Source: Mobula hypostoma (taxonomy: Eukaryota). Taken from it: 64,000 nucleotides of DNA. The notes beneath the pieces are model-generated. The model was given only the letters and a program-made list of their open reading frames with translations, searched no databases and was not told the DNA's origin. Positions within the stretch are counted from its first letter, which is position 1. Every line of letters begins with the position of its first letter. This document shows positions 1-11,229 of this stretch, piece by piece. A program made the translations under genes and the position numbers. Location: assembly GCF_963921235.1 (NCBI RefSeq), contig NC_086106.1, forward strand, positions 27,156,001-27,220,000. Reading direction: 5' to 3'.

Positions 1-620
1 TTCTAAAGTTACTCTCGCTGCTCCATGTTTTCGTTTAAGCCTACACACAATATATCTTTGAATATATCTTTGGTATCAGTGATACCATCCTGTTGTAAGA
101 GTCACTCCTTATAACAATGGTCAGTGAGGCACAGACAGGTCCGTATTTACCGACATGAACCTTTATTGCTTAAAGTAAGCAGTACGTGAATTCACACAAT
201 AAATGTCGTATGTTCACACTCCGTTTCCTTGATTCTTCTGAATAGTCATAGAACACCAGAGGATTACTTGAGCAAAGGGATCTCCGCTGTCCACGCGTTC
301 CTCGTAGTCTCGATTTACTCGCAACGTATTCCGAGTAGGGTTGCTCACACTTGCGTCAGCGATAGTAATTGTTCGAACTTATCTTAGACATTATACAGGA
401 TGCGTCCACATTTATATCGATTCTTAATCAAATCAAATATTGCATTCTAGTTTCATTGGTCATAGGTTATGTGTCTTTCCTTTAATTCCTTGTTATTGCT
501 CTGCTTCAATCCAGCACCCATTTATTGTTCTCTTGCCATCAAAAACACTGGATGATATATGGCTCTTAGAACTCAATCAGCAACCAGTTCGAATAACTGC
601 AAGCAAGCACCAAACCTAAC
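1..620 (-). mobile_element. Diverged LTR/leader-like segment related to the retrovirus-like element at about 39250-39860
   Basis: Collinear shared words with 39250-39860: agtacgtgaattca (181 vs 39423), gttcctcgta (about 296 vs 39546), attgctctgct vs attggctctgct, tatggctctt (about 558 vs 39785). Aligned by eye; LTR identity is inferred. Confidence 0.5.
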
Positions 621-1220
621 ATTCACACGTTTGCATGTTCTATGCAACAGAACAGTATCGTACAATGTTTTTTTTTTTTTTTGGAATTGAAATCTAGTCC
701 AGCAGTTTACCTGGAGCACCATTGGGTCATCTTCAAAATGTTGACCAAGCCAAGCACTTCAAGCTGACAATATGGAAAATAGAGTGTTTTCACAAAATGG
801 CCGACTTCATTACAAAGCATGTGGGAGGAACAAAGAACTGTCTGTCTGCTTCCACTGTCCTCGATTAATTCAAATTCACTGATTTCTAGACTCCAAGATA
901 GTGCTACCGAATGAACTTTCTTCGATACATTGAGAGCAGACTATATGTTTATTTGTTTTTTTTTTCTTTTTATGCTTGAATTGATCTACAATTTATCGCT
1001 GAGGCACTGTATACGTTAGACTGAGCAGACGTTGAATCGACAGAGTTTTAGTGAAAGGAGTAAAATGTAATAAAGTCAATACATATGTATGAATAGAAAC
1101 ACAACAGAATGACGGAGCAATAAGTATGAGACCCCAACGTTTCAGTATTCATCCTCGGCAGCCAGAATGTCATTTATATCTGCATAACCACTTACATAAT
1201 TGTAGGTCTTTCTGACTGGT

Positions 1221-1245
1221 TCTATCTATCTATCTATCTACCTGC

Positions 1246-1278
<33 letters not shown>

Positions 1279-1322
1279 AATCAATCAATCTATCTGTATA
1301 TCTATCTACCTGCCTATCTACC
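1221..1322. repeat. (TATC)n microsatellite with TCAA/CCTG variants
   Basis: Visible tandem tatc run. Confidence 0.95.
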
Positions 1323-2313
1323 TATATATTTACCCATCTCCCTGTCTCTGTGCTTGTGACGATCTATGCCTGTAGTTTATTGGAAACATTTCACAGTTTG
1401 TGTTTTTTGTCAGATCCGTAGTTTTCACTATTCGCTTTTATGCAGGTTTTAGAAATATCTTAACACATCTGCAGAGCATAAAACAATCCAGGTACGTTGT
1501 TTTTTGCATGTAATTCAAAGTAGATGTTCTCGATCACTTCAACGATTTTAACTGCCATTCATACAAACAGCCAACTGCGAGAAAACATACTATGTTTTTT
1601 TTCTCGCCTAATCATTAATTTCCCGTAAACATTGACTTTCGAACCGAGGTCCGTCCATGCAGTCACTTCTGCAAGTGTTCGTGTTAGACACCCCAAGATC
1701 ATTCAAATTGCATCTTTGACAATGACATTTTTAACCATTGGTGTTTATTAAGTTGCATTTAAAAGTGGACAAAACGTCTTAAGGTCTGTAGGAGGTATGA
1801 ATCAAAGTATACCTTTCCAAATACCTTGCTGCGCAAAAAAAGCACAGTTGACCTGATCTATATGTTACCTAATTAAGTAAATCCAAACTCTCTTACAGTC
1901 GGGTATGAGGTATTTGCAGATTTGAGCCACATCATTAACATATAGATGAAGAAGGGAAATAACAATAAAAGAATAGCTGTTGCAATGCGTCTGCATTTGT
2001 TTCATTTTCCACACGTGGCAAATATAACAAATTAATTCGCCATCACCGATCACATACTTCGGGCATTCATATTTATCTTACTCAGAATAACTGTCAGCAT
2101 CAGTAGCTCGAAATTACTGAGATATGTTCTGAACTTGAAAATCACAGTGGATTGATCTTTTTCAAAAACGTTATGCTATTCATGATCTGGAACACCGATA
2201 TTTATATCAATAAGTGGGATAATAATCATGATAGCCGTGAATCGCGTGGCAGAAGACTGTTAAATGTTAAGTGTTGTCGTTGCGTTTATTTTTAATTGCT
2301 ACCAGCTTTGAAG

Positions 2314-2426
2314 GTGTGACTCAAGCTGATTGTGCTGTGGGTGGTGTAACATCGCTTACGCAAATAGACCTCTCAGCCCACAGGCTCCGCCCACAATCGC
2401 GCCCAGGTACTTGGTTGCTTAAATAT
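2314..2426 (+). promoter_or_regulatory. Putative VH promoter
   Basis: TGACTCA (AP-1/CRE-like) 2317-2323; TAACATCGCT 2347-2356 (8/10 to the TCR-beta-type decamer, reverse strand); ACGCAAAT 2358-2365 (7/8 octamer); GC box ctccgccc about 2385-2392; TATA-like TTAAATA 2419-2425; all within 200 bp of the leader ATG at 2513. Function untested. Confidence 0.5.
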
Positions 2427-2512
2427 CAGCCATCGCTCCACAGTTCAAATTCCCCGCAGTCGGATGCCGTCAAGTGCTGTGCAGAGTCGCTCCGTTTGAA
2501 ATCGTCAGGAGG

Positions 2513-2558
2513 ATGAAATCGCTGCCTTTATTCGGCGTGTTCCTGACTTTATTAACCC
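2513..2558 (+). CDS. IGHV: IgH leader exon (MKSLPLFGVFLTLLT+C)
   Basis: 46-nt hydrophobic signal-peptide exon ending in phase 1 before donor GTGCGT (2559). Splices in frame to acceptor ACAG at 2704. Confidence 0.92.
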
Positions 2559-2704
2559 GTGCGTAGATTGGGTTGGAAATATTTCTAACTTTCTCTGATT
2601 CAGTCAATCTTCCATTGCGTTCAGTTTTACGTTATAAATTCTAAAGACAAGATCACTGTCTGAAAATTGATTTTCAGTTTTCTTTCTTTGTATTTAACCT
2701 ACAG

Positions 2705-3008
2705 GTGTCCATTCCGATGTCGTGTTAACTCAGCCCGCGGCGGAGACAGCCACACCCGGAGGATCAGTGAAGCTCACCTGTAAAACCAGCGGGTTTGCTC
2801 TCAGCAGCTACTATATGAGCTTGGTCCGTCAGGTCACCGGACAGGGGCTGGAATGGCTCCTTGCATACCACAGTTCTTCATACCAGTATTACGCCCCGGG
2901 GATCCGGAACAGATTCACTCCGTCCAAAGACTCCACAAACAATATGTTCACCGTTGATGTGACCCAGCTACAAACGGACGATACCGCTGTCTATTACTGT
3001 GCGAGAGA
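2705..3008 (+). CDS. IGHV: Ig heavy-chain variable segment (IgM type): [30 protein letters not shown]...DTAVYYCAR
   Basis: V-set motifs ([16 protein letters not shown]), open frame, followed directly by heptamer CACAGTG. Confidence 0.97.
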
Positions 3009-3047
3009 CACAGTGCGGCGAACAAGAGTCTAGCCTGTACAATTACG
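3009..3047 (+). other. VH 23-RSS
   Basis: CACAGTG 3009-3015, 23-nt spacer 3016-3038, nonamer ACAATTACG 3039-3047 (non-consensus). Confidence 0.88.
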
Positions 3048-3393
3048 GTGAGATGAAACACTATATTTTCTATCATAACCTATCAGTGATTAATTATTCT
3101 ATTTGCAACCATAGCAGGACATAAAATATGTACACATGCTCCTCAATGATTTATTCGCAGTATCACACCTAATATCAAATGCACTGATGTGACATTTTAT
3201 TCCTGTTTCTCCTCTTTGACATCAGCTGTTCATAATTGTGGAGAAGAACATTTCATTTGATCCAATGTGAACGGTGCAGGGAGAGAGAAATGATGGGTTG
3301 TATTTAAATTCGATCCTCTTTGTGAACTGTTGGATAACGTAAAATAGATTCAAAGCCTATTTCAAGAGAAACTTGCGCGTTTTAGTGTCTGCT

Positions 3394-3474
3394 GTTTTTT
3401 GTTACGGTCTGTCTCACTGTGCGTATATAGTGGGTACACTGTGCTGTAAACAGCGCATTTCCCGTACAAAAACC
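3394..3474 (+). other. IGHD: D1 segment (coding 3422-3436, CGTATATAGTGGGTA) with 12-RSS 5' and 22-RSS 3'
   Basis: GTTTTTTGT 3394-3402, 12 nt, CACTGTG 3415-3421; 3' CACTGTG 3437-3443, 22 nt, ACAAAAACC 3466-3474. This is the typical chondrichthyan D1 arrangement. Confidence 0.93.
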
Positions 3475-3680
3475 TGAACAGGTAGTCTACTGCTTTTTGA
3501 CCACACCAGCACAGCAGAAGAGGTTGCCGAATGGACATTGAAATAAATCGATGTGGACATTTGTATATATATCGATAAAAAAAAAACCAACAAAATCAAA
3601 AAAATTGTCGTGATGTTACATCAAAGCGAAGTCATCTATGCATAGGATGCGAAATGACAACATTAGCGGACAAGCTGCAG

Positions 3681-3749
3681 ATTATTTGTCGGGGTTTGTC
3701 TCACTGTGTATATATGGATGGCACAGTGTGTGCCTCCAATACAAAAACC
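3681..3749 (+). other. IGHD: D2 segment (coding 3709-3721, TATATATGGATGG) with 12-RSS on both sides
   Basis: ATTATTTGT 3681-3689, 12 nt, CACTGTG 3702-3708; 3' CACAGTG 3722-3728, 12 nt, ACAAAAACC 3741-3749. Confidence 0.93.
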
Positions 3750-4074
3750 TTCTGATCGCTAATTGTGTGCTTTAGTTGTTTTCTTTCCTTCTTTCATTCG
3801 ATATTTCTGTATAAGTCTTGATGTACTTATTCTACTTGTGCACAAAACACTAATTAGTCCTAATGAACCAGCCTGGATATATTCATCATTTATCTGTCAA
3901 GAAGTCTCGTCATATTTCGGCAGCAGGTCTGAAATACAGTATTACCTTATCTTCTATCGGTTAAAAAGCTTTTTTTTTAACGAACACGTTTTCTAATCAT
4001 CAAAACTGGTTTCAATTTTTTTGGATTATGAATATATGCACAATGTCGAACTTTTGTCTCTTATTCACAGAGCT

Positions 4075-4113
4075 GGTAATTGTGTGATGCAGACGAGGGA
4101 ATATAACACTGTG
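4075..4113 (-). other. JH 23-RSS
   Basis: GGTAATTGT 4075-4083, 23-nt spacer, CACTGTG 4107-4113. Confidence 0.88.
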
Positions 4114-4161
4114 ACAATCTTGATTACTGGGGAGGAGGCACCATGTTGACGGTGACAACCG
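4114..4161 (+). CDS. IGHJ: JH segment (NLDYWGGGTMLTVTT)
   Basis: WGXG motif; phase-1 donor GTAAG at 4162. Confidence 0.96.
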
Positions 4162-6638
4162 GTAAGAAGCAATTTTTTTTTCAAAAAGTGTTCCAACTGA
4201 AATTTAATTCCATATTTAGTTTGTGATTTTGATTACTCTTTCCTCTGATTATGTTTTGGCTTCAATTGAACTTTCGATTAATATCTCTTTGTGAAATAAT
4301 TTGTGATACTGCCGCATAGAGATTGTGGAATTCAGCTTAAATACTAAACTATTCGTGATTTAGTACTCATTTGCTGAATTAAATAATAGCCTATCTCCTT
4401 TTCAACACCCCGATGCTCTCAGTTTTTTTGGAATTGCAGCTTTGATAAACCTGAACAATATATGTCCGTCCTGTTCAATGGAAGATATTCCATTTCAATC
4501 TATTTCTCCCATCTACGGAGAATAAAACAGAACACGAATGAGAGTATAATTGAACCTCGTTTATGAACATATGCATTCATTAGTGGAATTGCATTATCGA
4601 CCAGTGAACCAGCTCCCAACATGGCTTGAAGAGGGGAAGTTGTTTTTTTTTCTAACCAAAAACTGCAGAACTTCAAGAATCACAGACTCGAAAATATATG
4701 CATCTATCTAAATTGATTTATCGTGGTGCTGCAGCTAGAAGTAATATCACAGTAAGAACAAAATCTTGATATTTATGAAGCGATCCATGGAATAATAATT
4801 CAAGTATTGTCGGATATTTAGCGTTATCTCAGGGAATGCGTGTTCTCGTTCCTCTCACTGCCTTGAGGCTTTTTAAGTTGTAAGACAACTTTTGTTTACA
4901 AAGACCTGGATAAAATCGATGTGCAGAACATGTTTTCGAATGGAGGAAAAACTTGTATCCGATAGTTAAAAGGCAGCATCATTGGATTTCAAATTAGACA
5001 ATAAGACCATAAGATCATGAATGAGAAGTAGTTTCTTTCTGTATGAAATATGGATTCTGCGAAATCAGTTGTTATATAGGGTTGCGAGCGGCGCCTGGGA
5101 ATAGTGTAACTGGGGATTATGAGGAGGTAGTAAAATGGGCTTAAAATAGCAAAATCGTTAGGCAATGCAGAAGTTATGGCCCAAATGATCTGAAACATCT
5201 GATACACCTTATGGTCATATAATCTTACTGATTAATCCGAAGCATATGTATTTGATTTTTTTTGGTTTTGTTTTTATCAGATGTAGGTAACTTGTATTGA
5301 TCTATCTTTTTACCTAGAGGACAAAAAGAAACACGACAAATTGTAGTTAAAATAGCTATATTTTGAAAAGTGTAAGTTATACGGCGGAATCGTATTACTA
5401 CCCATTGATTCAAACACCAGCATATATTAAGTGAATCATATATGGGAAAAAAAATCCGAGTTTCATCAACCACAAACTAGGAAAATCATTACTAATAATT
5501 TCAAATTATGTGACATGGAAACCTTAACCAATAACAAGTTGTAAACTGCAGATAAATCAGTGATATTGAATAAATAATCTTCTCAAGGTCATTGCAATGA
5601 AATTGTTTCGAAGGTTCAATTTTAAGATCTGGTCATGAGTGGAATTGTTTAATAACTGCGAGCAGTATTGTGGATTCTATTGCGGGTTTTGATCATTCGA
5701 TAAGAGAAGCAGCAAGTGTTTCTACTTTATAAATTGTCACATGAGATGACCCCAAAAGCACAATTAATATATTGTTCATATGTTGTTGATTTAAATATTC
5801 CTATTTAAAATATTAGCTTAAGTATGAACATTTAAAACTGCAGAAGGTAAATGTCTAACACTGAATGAAGTATGAATTTTTTTTTAATATGTGGATCATG
5901 CAACATGGACGGAGGGAGAAACATTTTTGGTATTTCATCTTAACAATACTTTGATTGGAGGTGTGACTGAAGGGTCTTTAAGCTAAAAATTAAAGTCTAT
6001 TGGATTACCAGAAATACTTCAAATATATAAGACTGGGAAATTTGAGCACTACGGCACAGAGCAGGCCATTCGGCCCACAAAATTGTGCAGACTTCTTCAC
6101 CTGCTCTCCTATCAACCTAAATTGCTGTACAGCACTCGAGATTTTTCCTCTATCTATGTGGTTTCTAGTAGTTTATTAAATGTCGCTCATCTGTTTCTCC
6201 TTCCTATTTCAATTGGTAGAGTAATCCACGGACATACCACTCTGTGTGTAAACCATTACAATTCAAATCGACAAACCGAAATTTCGTCATTGACATCTGT
6301 AGGAATATCTATGCTATTCTAATACGGTGTGCCTGTGCCGACCGGAGGTGTAGTGACATCTGCACTGGACTTCGAGAGGAGTAGCTCCGGTCTCGAATCC
6401 GACAGGACTGAAAAAAACGTGTAACTGCGGCGCAGTCTGCTGTCGTGCTCTGTATGACTTGATAACGTGAACATTTGCTAACAGATTTACTTGTGCAGGA
6501 TGCTTTCTGAGAAAGTTTGCAATCTTCGTAGTTCTCTGTTGCATACTGTTGCGAGAGTGTTCATTTAAATCTCACAATTGCAATCTTTGCAAACTGTGTG
6601 CCAGTTTTATAGAGATCAGATTTAGCTCGGAAACATGT

Positions 6639-6934
6639 TGGCGCGCGGCCAAGTGCTTAAGGCCATCTGAAGGTCGCTAGTTGGAGCCTTGGCTGAGGCA
6701 ATGTGTTGTGTCCTTGAACAAGGCACTTAACCACACATTGCTCTGCGTCGAAACCGGTGCCAAGCTGTATCGGCCCTAGTGCCCTTCCGTTGGACAACAT
6801 CATTGGCGTGGAGAGGGGAGACTTGCAGCATGGGTAACTGCCGGTCTTCCTTACAACCTTGCCCAGGCCTGCGCCCTGGAAAGCCTCCCAAGGCGAAAAT
6901 CCACGGTCTCACGAGTCTAAGGCATGCCCATAAT
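6639..6934 (+). mobile_element. tRNA-derived SINE in the J-Cmu1 intron
   Basis: 5' tRNA A-box-like TGGCGCGCGGCCAAGTGCTTAAGG; fish-SINE-like core GTGTCCTTGAACAAGGCACTTAACC. Confidence 0.65.
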
Positions 6935-7347
6935 TAGGAAACTTTTAGCAATATTTCCTCGACTAGTATCATCCGATCGTTCCAAAAAAAATGTTTGGAA
7001 GGTTCTGAAGACATAAATAAGTGAATTTCGTGAATACTACAAATCCTTAGAGTAAACTTGTGCATAGGATTGCATTGTGTGAAATATGCAAGTTTGGAGA
7101 ATGTCCTTAAAGTTAACTAATTGAGACAACGGTCATTCTGGATGAATGCTACGCTGAATTGCGTGGAATAGCACTTTAGCACTTAGCGACTTCTTTTTTA
7201 TATGCCTGCATGTTTTGAAAAGATTAATATAATCAATAATACTTAGTTTATCGGAATCGAATTTAATCTTATTGTTAAAGATAAAGCTGCAGCGTGCTCC
7301 GGCGTTTCACGTCACGCCAGAAATTAGCATTGGATCAATATTATCTG

Positions 7348-7506
7348 NNNNNNNNNNNNNNNNNNNNNNNNNNNNNNNNNNNNNNNNNNNNNNNNNNNNN
7401 NNNNNNNNNNNNNNNNNNNNNNNNNNNNNNNNNNNNNNNNNNNNNNNNNNNNNNNNNNNNNNNNNNNNNNNNNNNNNNNNNNNNNNNNNNNNNNNNNNNN
7501 NNNNNN
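7348..7506. other. Assembly gap (159 N) in the J-Cmu1 intron
   Basis: Run of N; true length unknown. Confidence 1.
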
Positions 7507-8111
7507 GGAATTACAGGGAAGGCAAAATCGTCCCCACTCAAGGTGACGTTCTCCAATTAAATTACGACTGTTTTTCCAAATAATTTCTCACTTTCAAATG
7601 GCTGACTGACACGAAGAACATGAAGTTCTAAAATGGCAGAATCCACGATTCTTTTCTCCAAATTTGCAAGATATCTGTCTGTCCGTTCGTTGTGCTGATC
7701 ATTGTGCAGGCATCGTTACAGCGGGCGTTCAGAACATCATTGTAGGAAGGAACAGAAAGGAAATGAAGTGAAAATCTGTTTTCCTCCGAGGATAACGAGA
7801 CCTCGGGCCTATACAGGTGAAATTGACTTGATGCTGATACGGAGATCTTTCCTGCCGTGTTGATCAGAGAATGCTTTGAGTATTCAGTTGTGGCAAACAC
7901 ATCAAAGTAGGTAGATGCTATTTGTATTTCGCTATGATTGGAACAAATCTGAAAGCAATGCCGATTGTTTAGTACAATATATCGTTATGGCGGCGTCGGC
8001 AAACACAAACCTGGAAAATTATTTCCTGAGTACTAAACGTTCTATTTATTTGAGAATCGAATAAGTCAAAAACAAAACATTTAATTTATTTATGTGATCA
8101 TGTTCTTTCAG

Positions 8112-8414
8112 CGGCAGAGTCCCAACCCACCGTCTACCCTCTCCTTTCATGTGAGCAATCCAGTGCCACTGAAACATTGACCTTCGGCTGCTTGGCAACG
8201 AATTACTCTCCGGTGGGTATCAACGTGTCCTGGACGACAGATGAAGCGACAATCACAACAGGAGTGAACACCTATCCATCTGTGTTCAACAAGAAAGGAA
8301 CTTACACTCGCAGCAGCCGGTTAATTCTCACCGAGACACAAGCGAGGAGCAGCGCCATCTATTGTGTCGTTCAGCATCAAGATTCAGTCCAGAAAATTAA
8401 AATCCCATGGCGAG
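8112..8414 (+). CDS. IGHM: IgM Cmu1 exon (AESQPTVYPLLSCEQ...TFGCLATNYSP...YPSVFNKKGTYTRSS...YCVVQH...IPWR)
   Basis: Acceptor TTCAG at 8111, phase-1 donor GTTAGT at 8415. Chondrichthyan Cmu1 motif YPSVxNKKGTYT; N-terminal Cys for light-chain linkage. Confidence 0.95.
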
Positions 8415-9734
8415 GTTAGTGTTGGGATAAACTGTGGGTAGAAGTCATGTAGAGAATGTAAGGTTCTAAAATAAGACAAGATATGCTTTAATTGTACTGA
8501 ATGTACATTGACGTCTTCTGAAGGTTCTATTCACCAAGCCACATTCAAGCTGCAGGGTGCCTTTAGACGACCAGATACTATTTTGTAACGCACATTTAGA
8601 TCCTATTTCCACAGATGTATTACAATGGGTGGCACACATTTGAAGTTCATTTATCATTATCTTAGCTCTCTTCTTACATAACACCTAGTTGTTTGAACCT
8701 CCACTGTACAGAGAGGCTTTTAACTGTGAGTTTTTTTTTTCTCAGGACAAACGTTTGCGAGCAACACAGAAAGTTCGAGAAACTCGTTATTCTTTTTTTC
8801 TCTCTCTAAAGTAATAAGAACTTTACAGAAATCGCGAAGCGCCTCGTGAATTTGAAACACTTCAAATATTTTTTTTCTCTCTGTGCAGTGTTCAAAACTA
8901 AGTGAGCATCAATAAATTTAATTACTGACACTTTCCATTTATTTCAAAAGGACACGGGATATAACACAGAGATGAGTACAGCGCAGAATAGGCCTATCTA
9001 TTGCACCCATGTTTTCAACCATTTCAAGATCAATCTAACACATTCATCCCATATAGCTCTCAATTTTTATTGATGCATGAGCATTACACTCTCTAAAATG
9101 TTTCCAATGTATCTGTCTCTACAATTTGCAGGGCCTTCAAACGTTGTACTTCAGTCATTTTCCTTCTTACCTCTCACTCAACGGGAGGTAGGTTGGAGAA
9201 AAGTCTCGACCAAAGCAGATATAAGGCGCAAGTTCACTCCGCTGTCCTAAATGCTACCATTGGGAAAGATGCAGCATCTGATTAGCCCCACAATTAGTGT
9301 TAACTGAAGCCGTGAGAGCAATTGGTGATTGACATATGAGCAACTCGTCCGTCGCACGTCCTGGTTAGGCGCTCACTGAAGCCAGATTGACAATCTTTGA
9401 AGAGTATTGATAATAGCTGGTGTCAGTCCTCGTGTAAAGTCCCTGGCCAGTAGAAAGCAATCGCAAACCACTTTTGCCTTCTCTTTCAAGAAAAAAGAAT
9501 CATTAGTTTGGACAATCATTCCCCATGTCATACAATACTGCTGACAATGTTGGTAATGATCCCAATCAACATTCACCATCAAAGGAATAATATTCGCTGG
9601 CCTACAATTTTCTGGTAGTACTCCTGTGACCATTGAGAACATAACAGCCACTGCCAAAAGTGTAGCTATAATAAAACAGAAAAAAAATAGTATATTTGAC
9701 CCAGCTGAATTTTCAAAATTGCTTGTTAATAATG

Positions 9735-10480
9735 TCATAAGCAATTAAACCCTCCCAAAGATATATATCTAAAAACACTCTGTTTTCTTGCCTGTCGCAT
9801 TATTTGATCATTAATTTTAAAGTGATGAAAGCAAACCAGAACAGATCTTGGTTTACTAGTATACTTCAATTTCGAAGTAAACTCCCTGTGTACCCTTTCT
9901 ATAGCAGGCGGCTTTAATAAAATGCTAGGAAATAAAGTGTGGAAAAGTTTACCTAAGTAAGCAGTTAAATCTCCATCTTCAGCTCCTTCTTGCAGCCCAA
10001 CAATTGGTATATTCTTTCGGCGAGACTTAGTTTCCAGGTCCATAATATTATTTTGATATCTTTCCAAACGAGTTGTAGCTTCAGACAAGTTTTGCTTAGT
10101 TATCCTCAATTCCTCTTCATGTGTAATAACTTGAGTTTCCAGGTCTTTAAGTTTTCCCAGAAATGACTTCATTACATTACTATTCTTTTCCGGTTGGACT
10201 TTAATTGATTCACTCTGATCTTTAATTGAATTCAGTGTCCGAACTATATTTTCCAGCCCACGATGGCATTTCATCAGATCATCCTTTTGTACCTTTCCTT
10301 TCCCATTACCTTTAACACTGGGTTCAGTCAAATTCTTCCCACTTCTCGTAAACATAGACATATTATTTCTCTTCAAGAATCAAAATTTTAAATTCAAAGT
10401 TTAAACTGCGGGAGAGAAAGAAAACTAATGGCAGCAAACAATTACTGCTGTTCCATTTGCAGACAGAGGCGGTCCTCCGC
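9735..10480 (-). mobile_element. L1/Tx1-clade ORF1p fragment in the Cmu1-Cmu2 intron
   Basis: ORF 9735..10376: coiled coil then SRRKNIPIVGLQEGAE, IERVHR, PRSVLVCFHHF (L1 ORF1 RRM motifs). Confidence 0.8.
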
Positions 10481-11229
10481 CAAGAATGTAGCTATATCTT
10501 CCACTGATTCCTCTTGTAAAATTGTATATACCTGTCCTTCATTGTCCTTCAGCCCATCTGATTCATGTATCCATTTTTTTTTTTTTTTTTTTTGGTTTCA
10601 GCACTGAATTTTTCAAACTTAATATTATCTGGCAGAATAGCCAGTTCTATGCTGATTTCCCATTCGCCATTGTCCACTTTACCCGTCAACACTAAAGGAT
10701 TTTTTTTTATCATTATTTAAATAGGTGCTCTACCTCCTCTGGTACTGCATATATGTTTCCTATTTCATACGTGACCGGCCCTGGACTGGAATTGCTTAGC
10801 CACCTGTCATTCCTATGTGGGCAGAACGTCTTGGATTATTCGTTAATCCCACTCGGCTAGCATTCTCATGTCTCAATCTGGCACTCGTAACACCCTTCTT
10901 TAATCGTTTCCTGCCGACTTTAGAAATCTCAAGAGCCCTATCTGAACTTTACATCGAAACTCTGATGGATGTGTTCTTCATTTTGTTCACTGAATGCTCC
11001 ATCGTCATATCATCCATCTTCCCTTACACATCTGTCGGTTCCTTGCTTCAATGTGACAAGCCTTCCTGAGCTCTTTTACAGATGTTCTTTAAACTACCAA
11101 GAGGTTTCCATTCGATATTTCCATGAGTATATCATTTTCCAATTTACAGAGCCAAGGTTCTTCCTGACAACATCAGACTCGACTCTCCTACGGTTCAACA
11201 CTTGCATACACTGACTACTCATATTTGTC

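Noticed and set aside
793-803. YY1-like motif AAAATGGCCGA as an IgH regulatory site
   Set aside because: A single short motif 1.7 kb upstream in probable repeat-derived DNA; no supporting evidence.
2271-2516. 81-aa ORF upstream of the VH leader
   Set aside because: Overlaps the promoter, has no recognisable motif and ends at the true leader ATG.
2995-3001. TACTGTG cryptic heptamer in VH FR3 (VH-replacement signal)
   Set aside because: Forced by the YYC codons; no upstream V in this cluster within the window.
7272-7583. Three ORFs spanning the N run
   Set aside because: Artefacts of translating an assembly gap.
4162-8111. Class-switch region in the J-C intron
   Set aside because: No G-rich or AGCT tandem array is visible, although the gap hides part of the intron.
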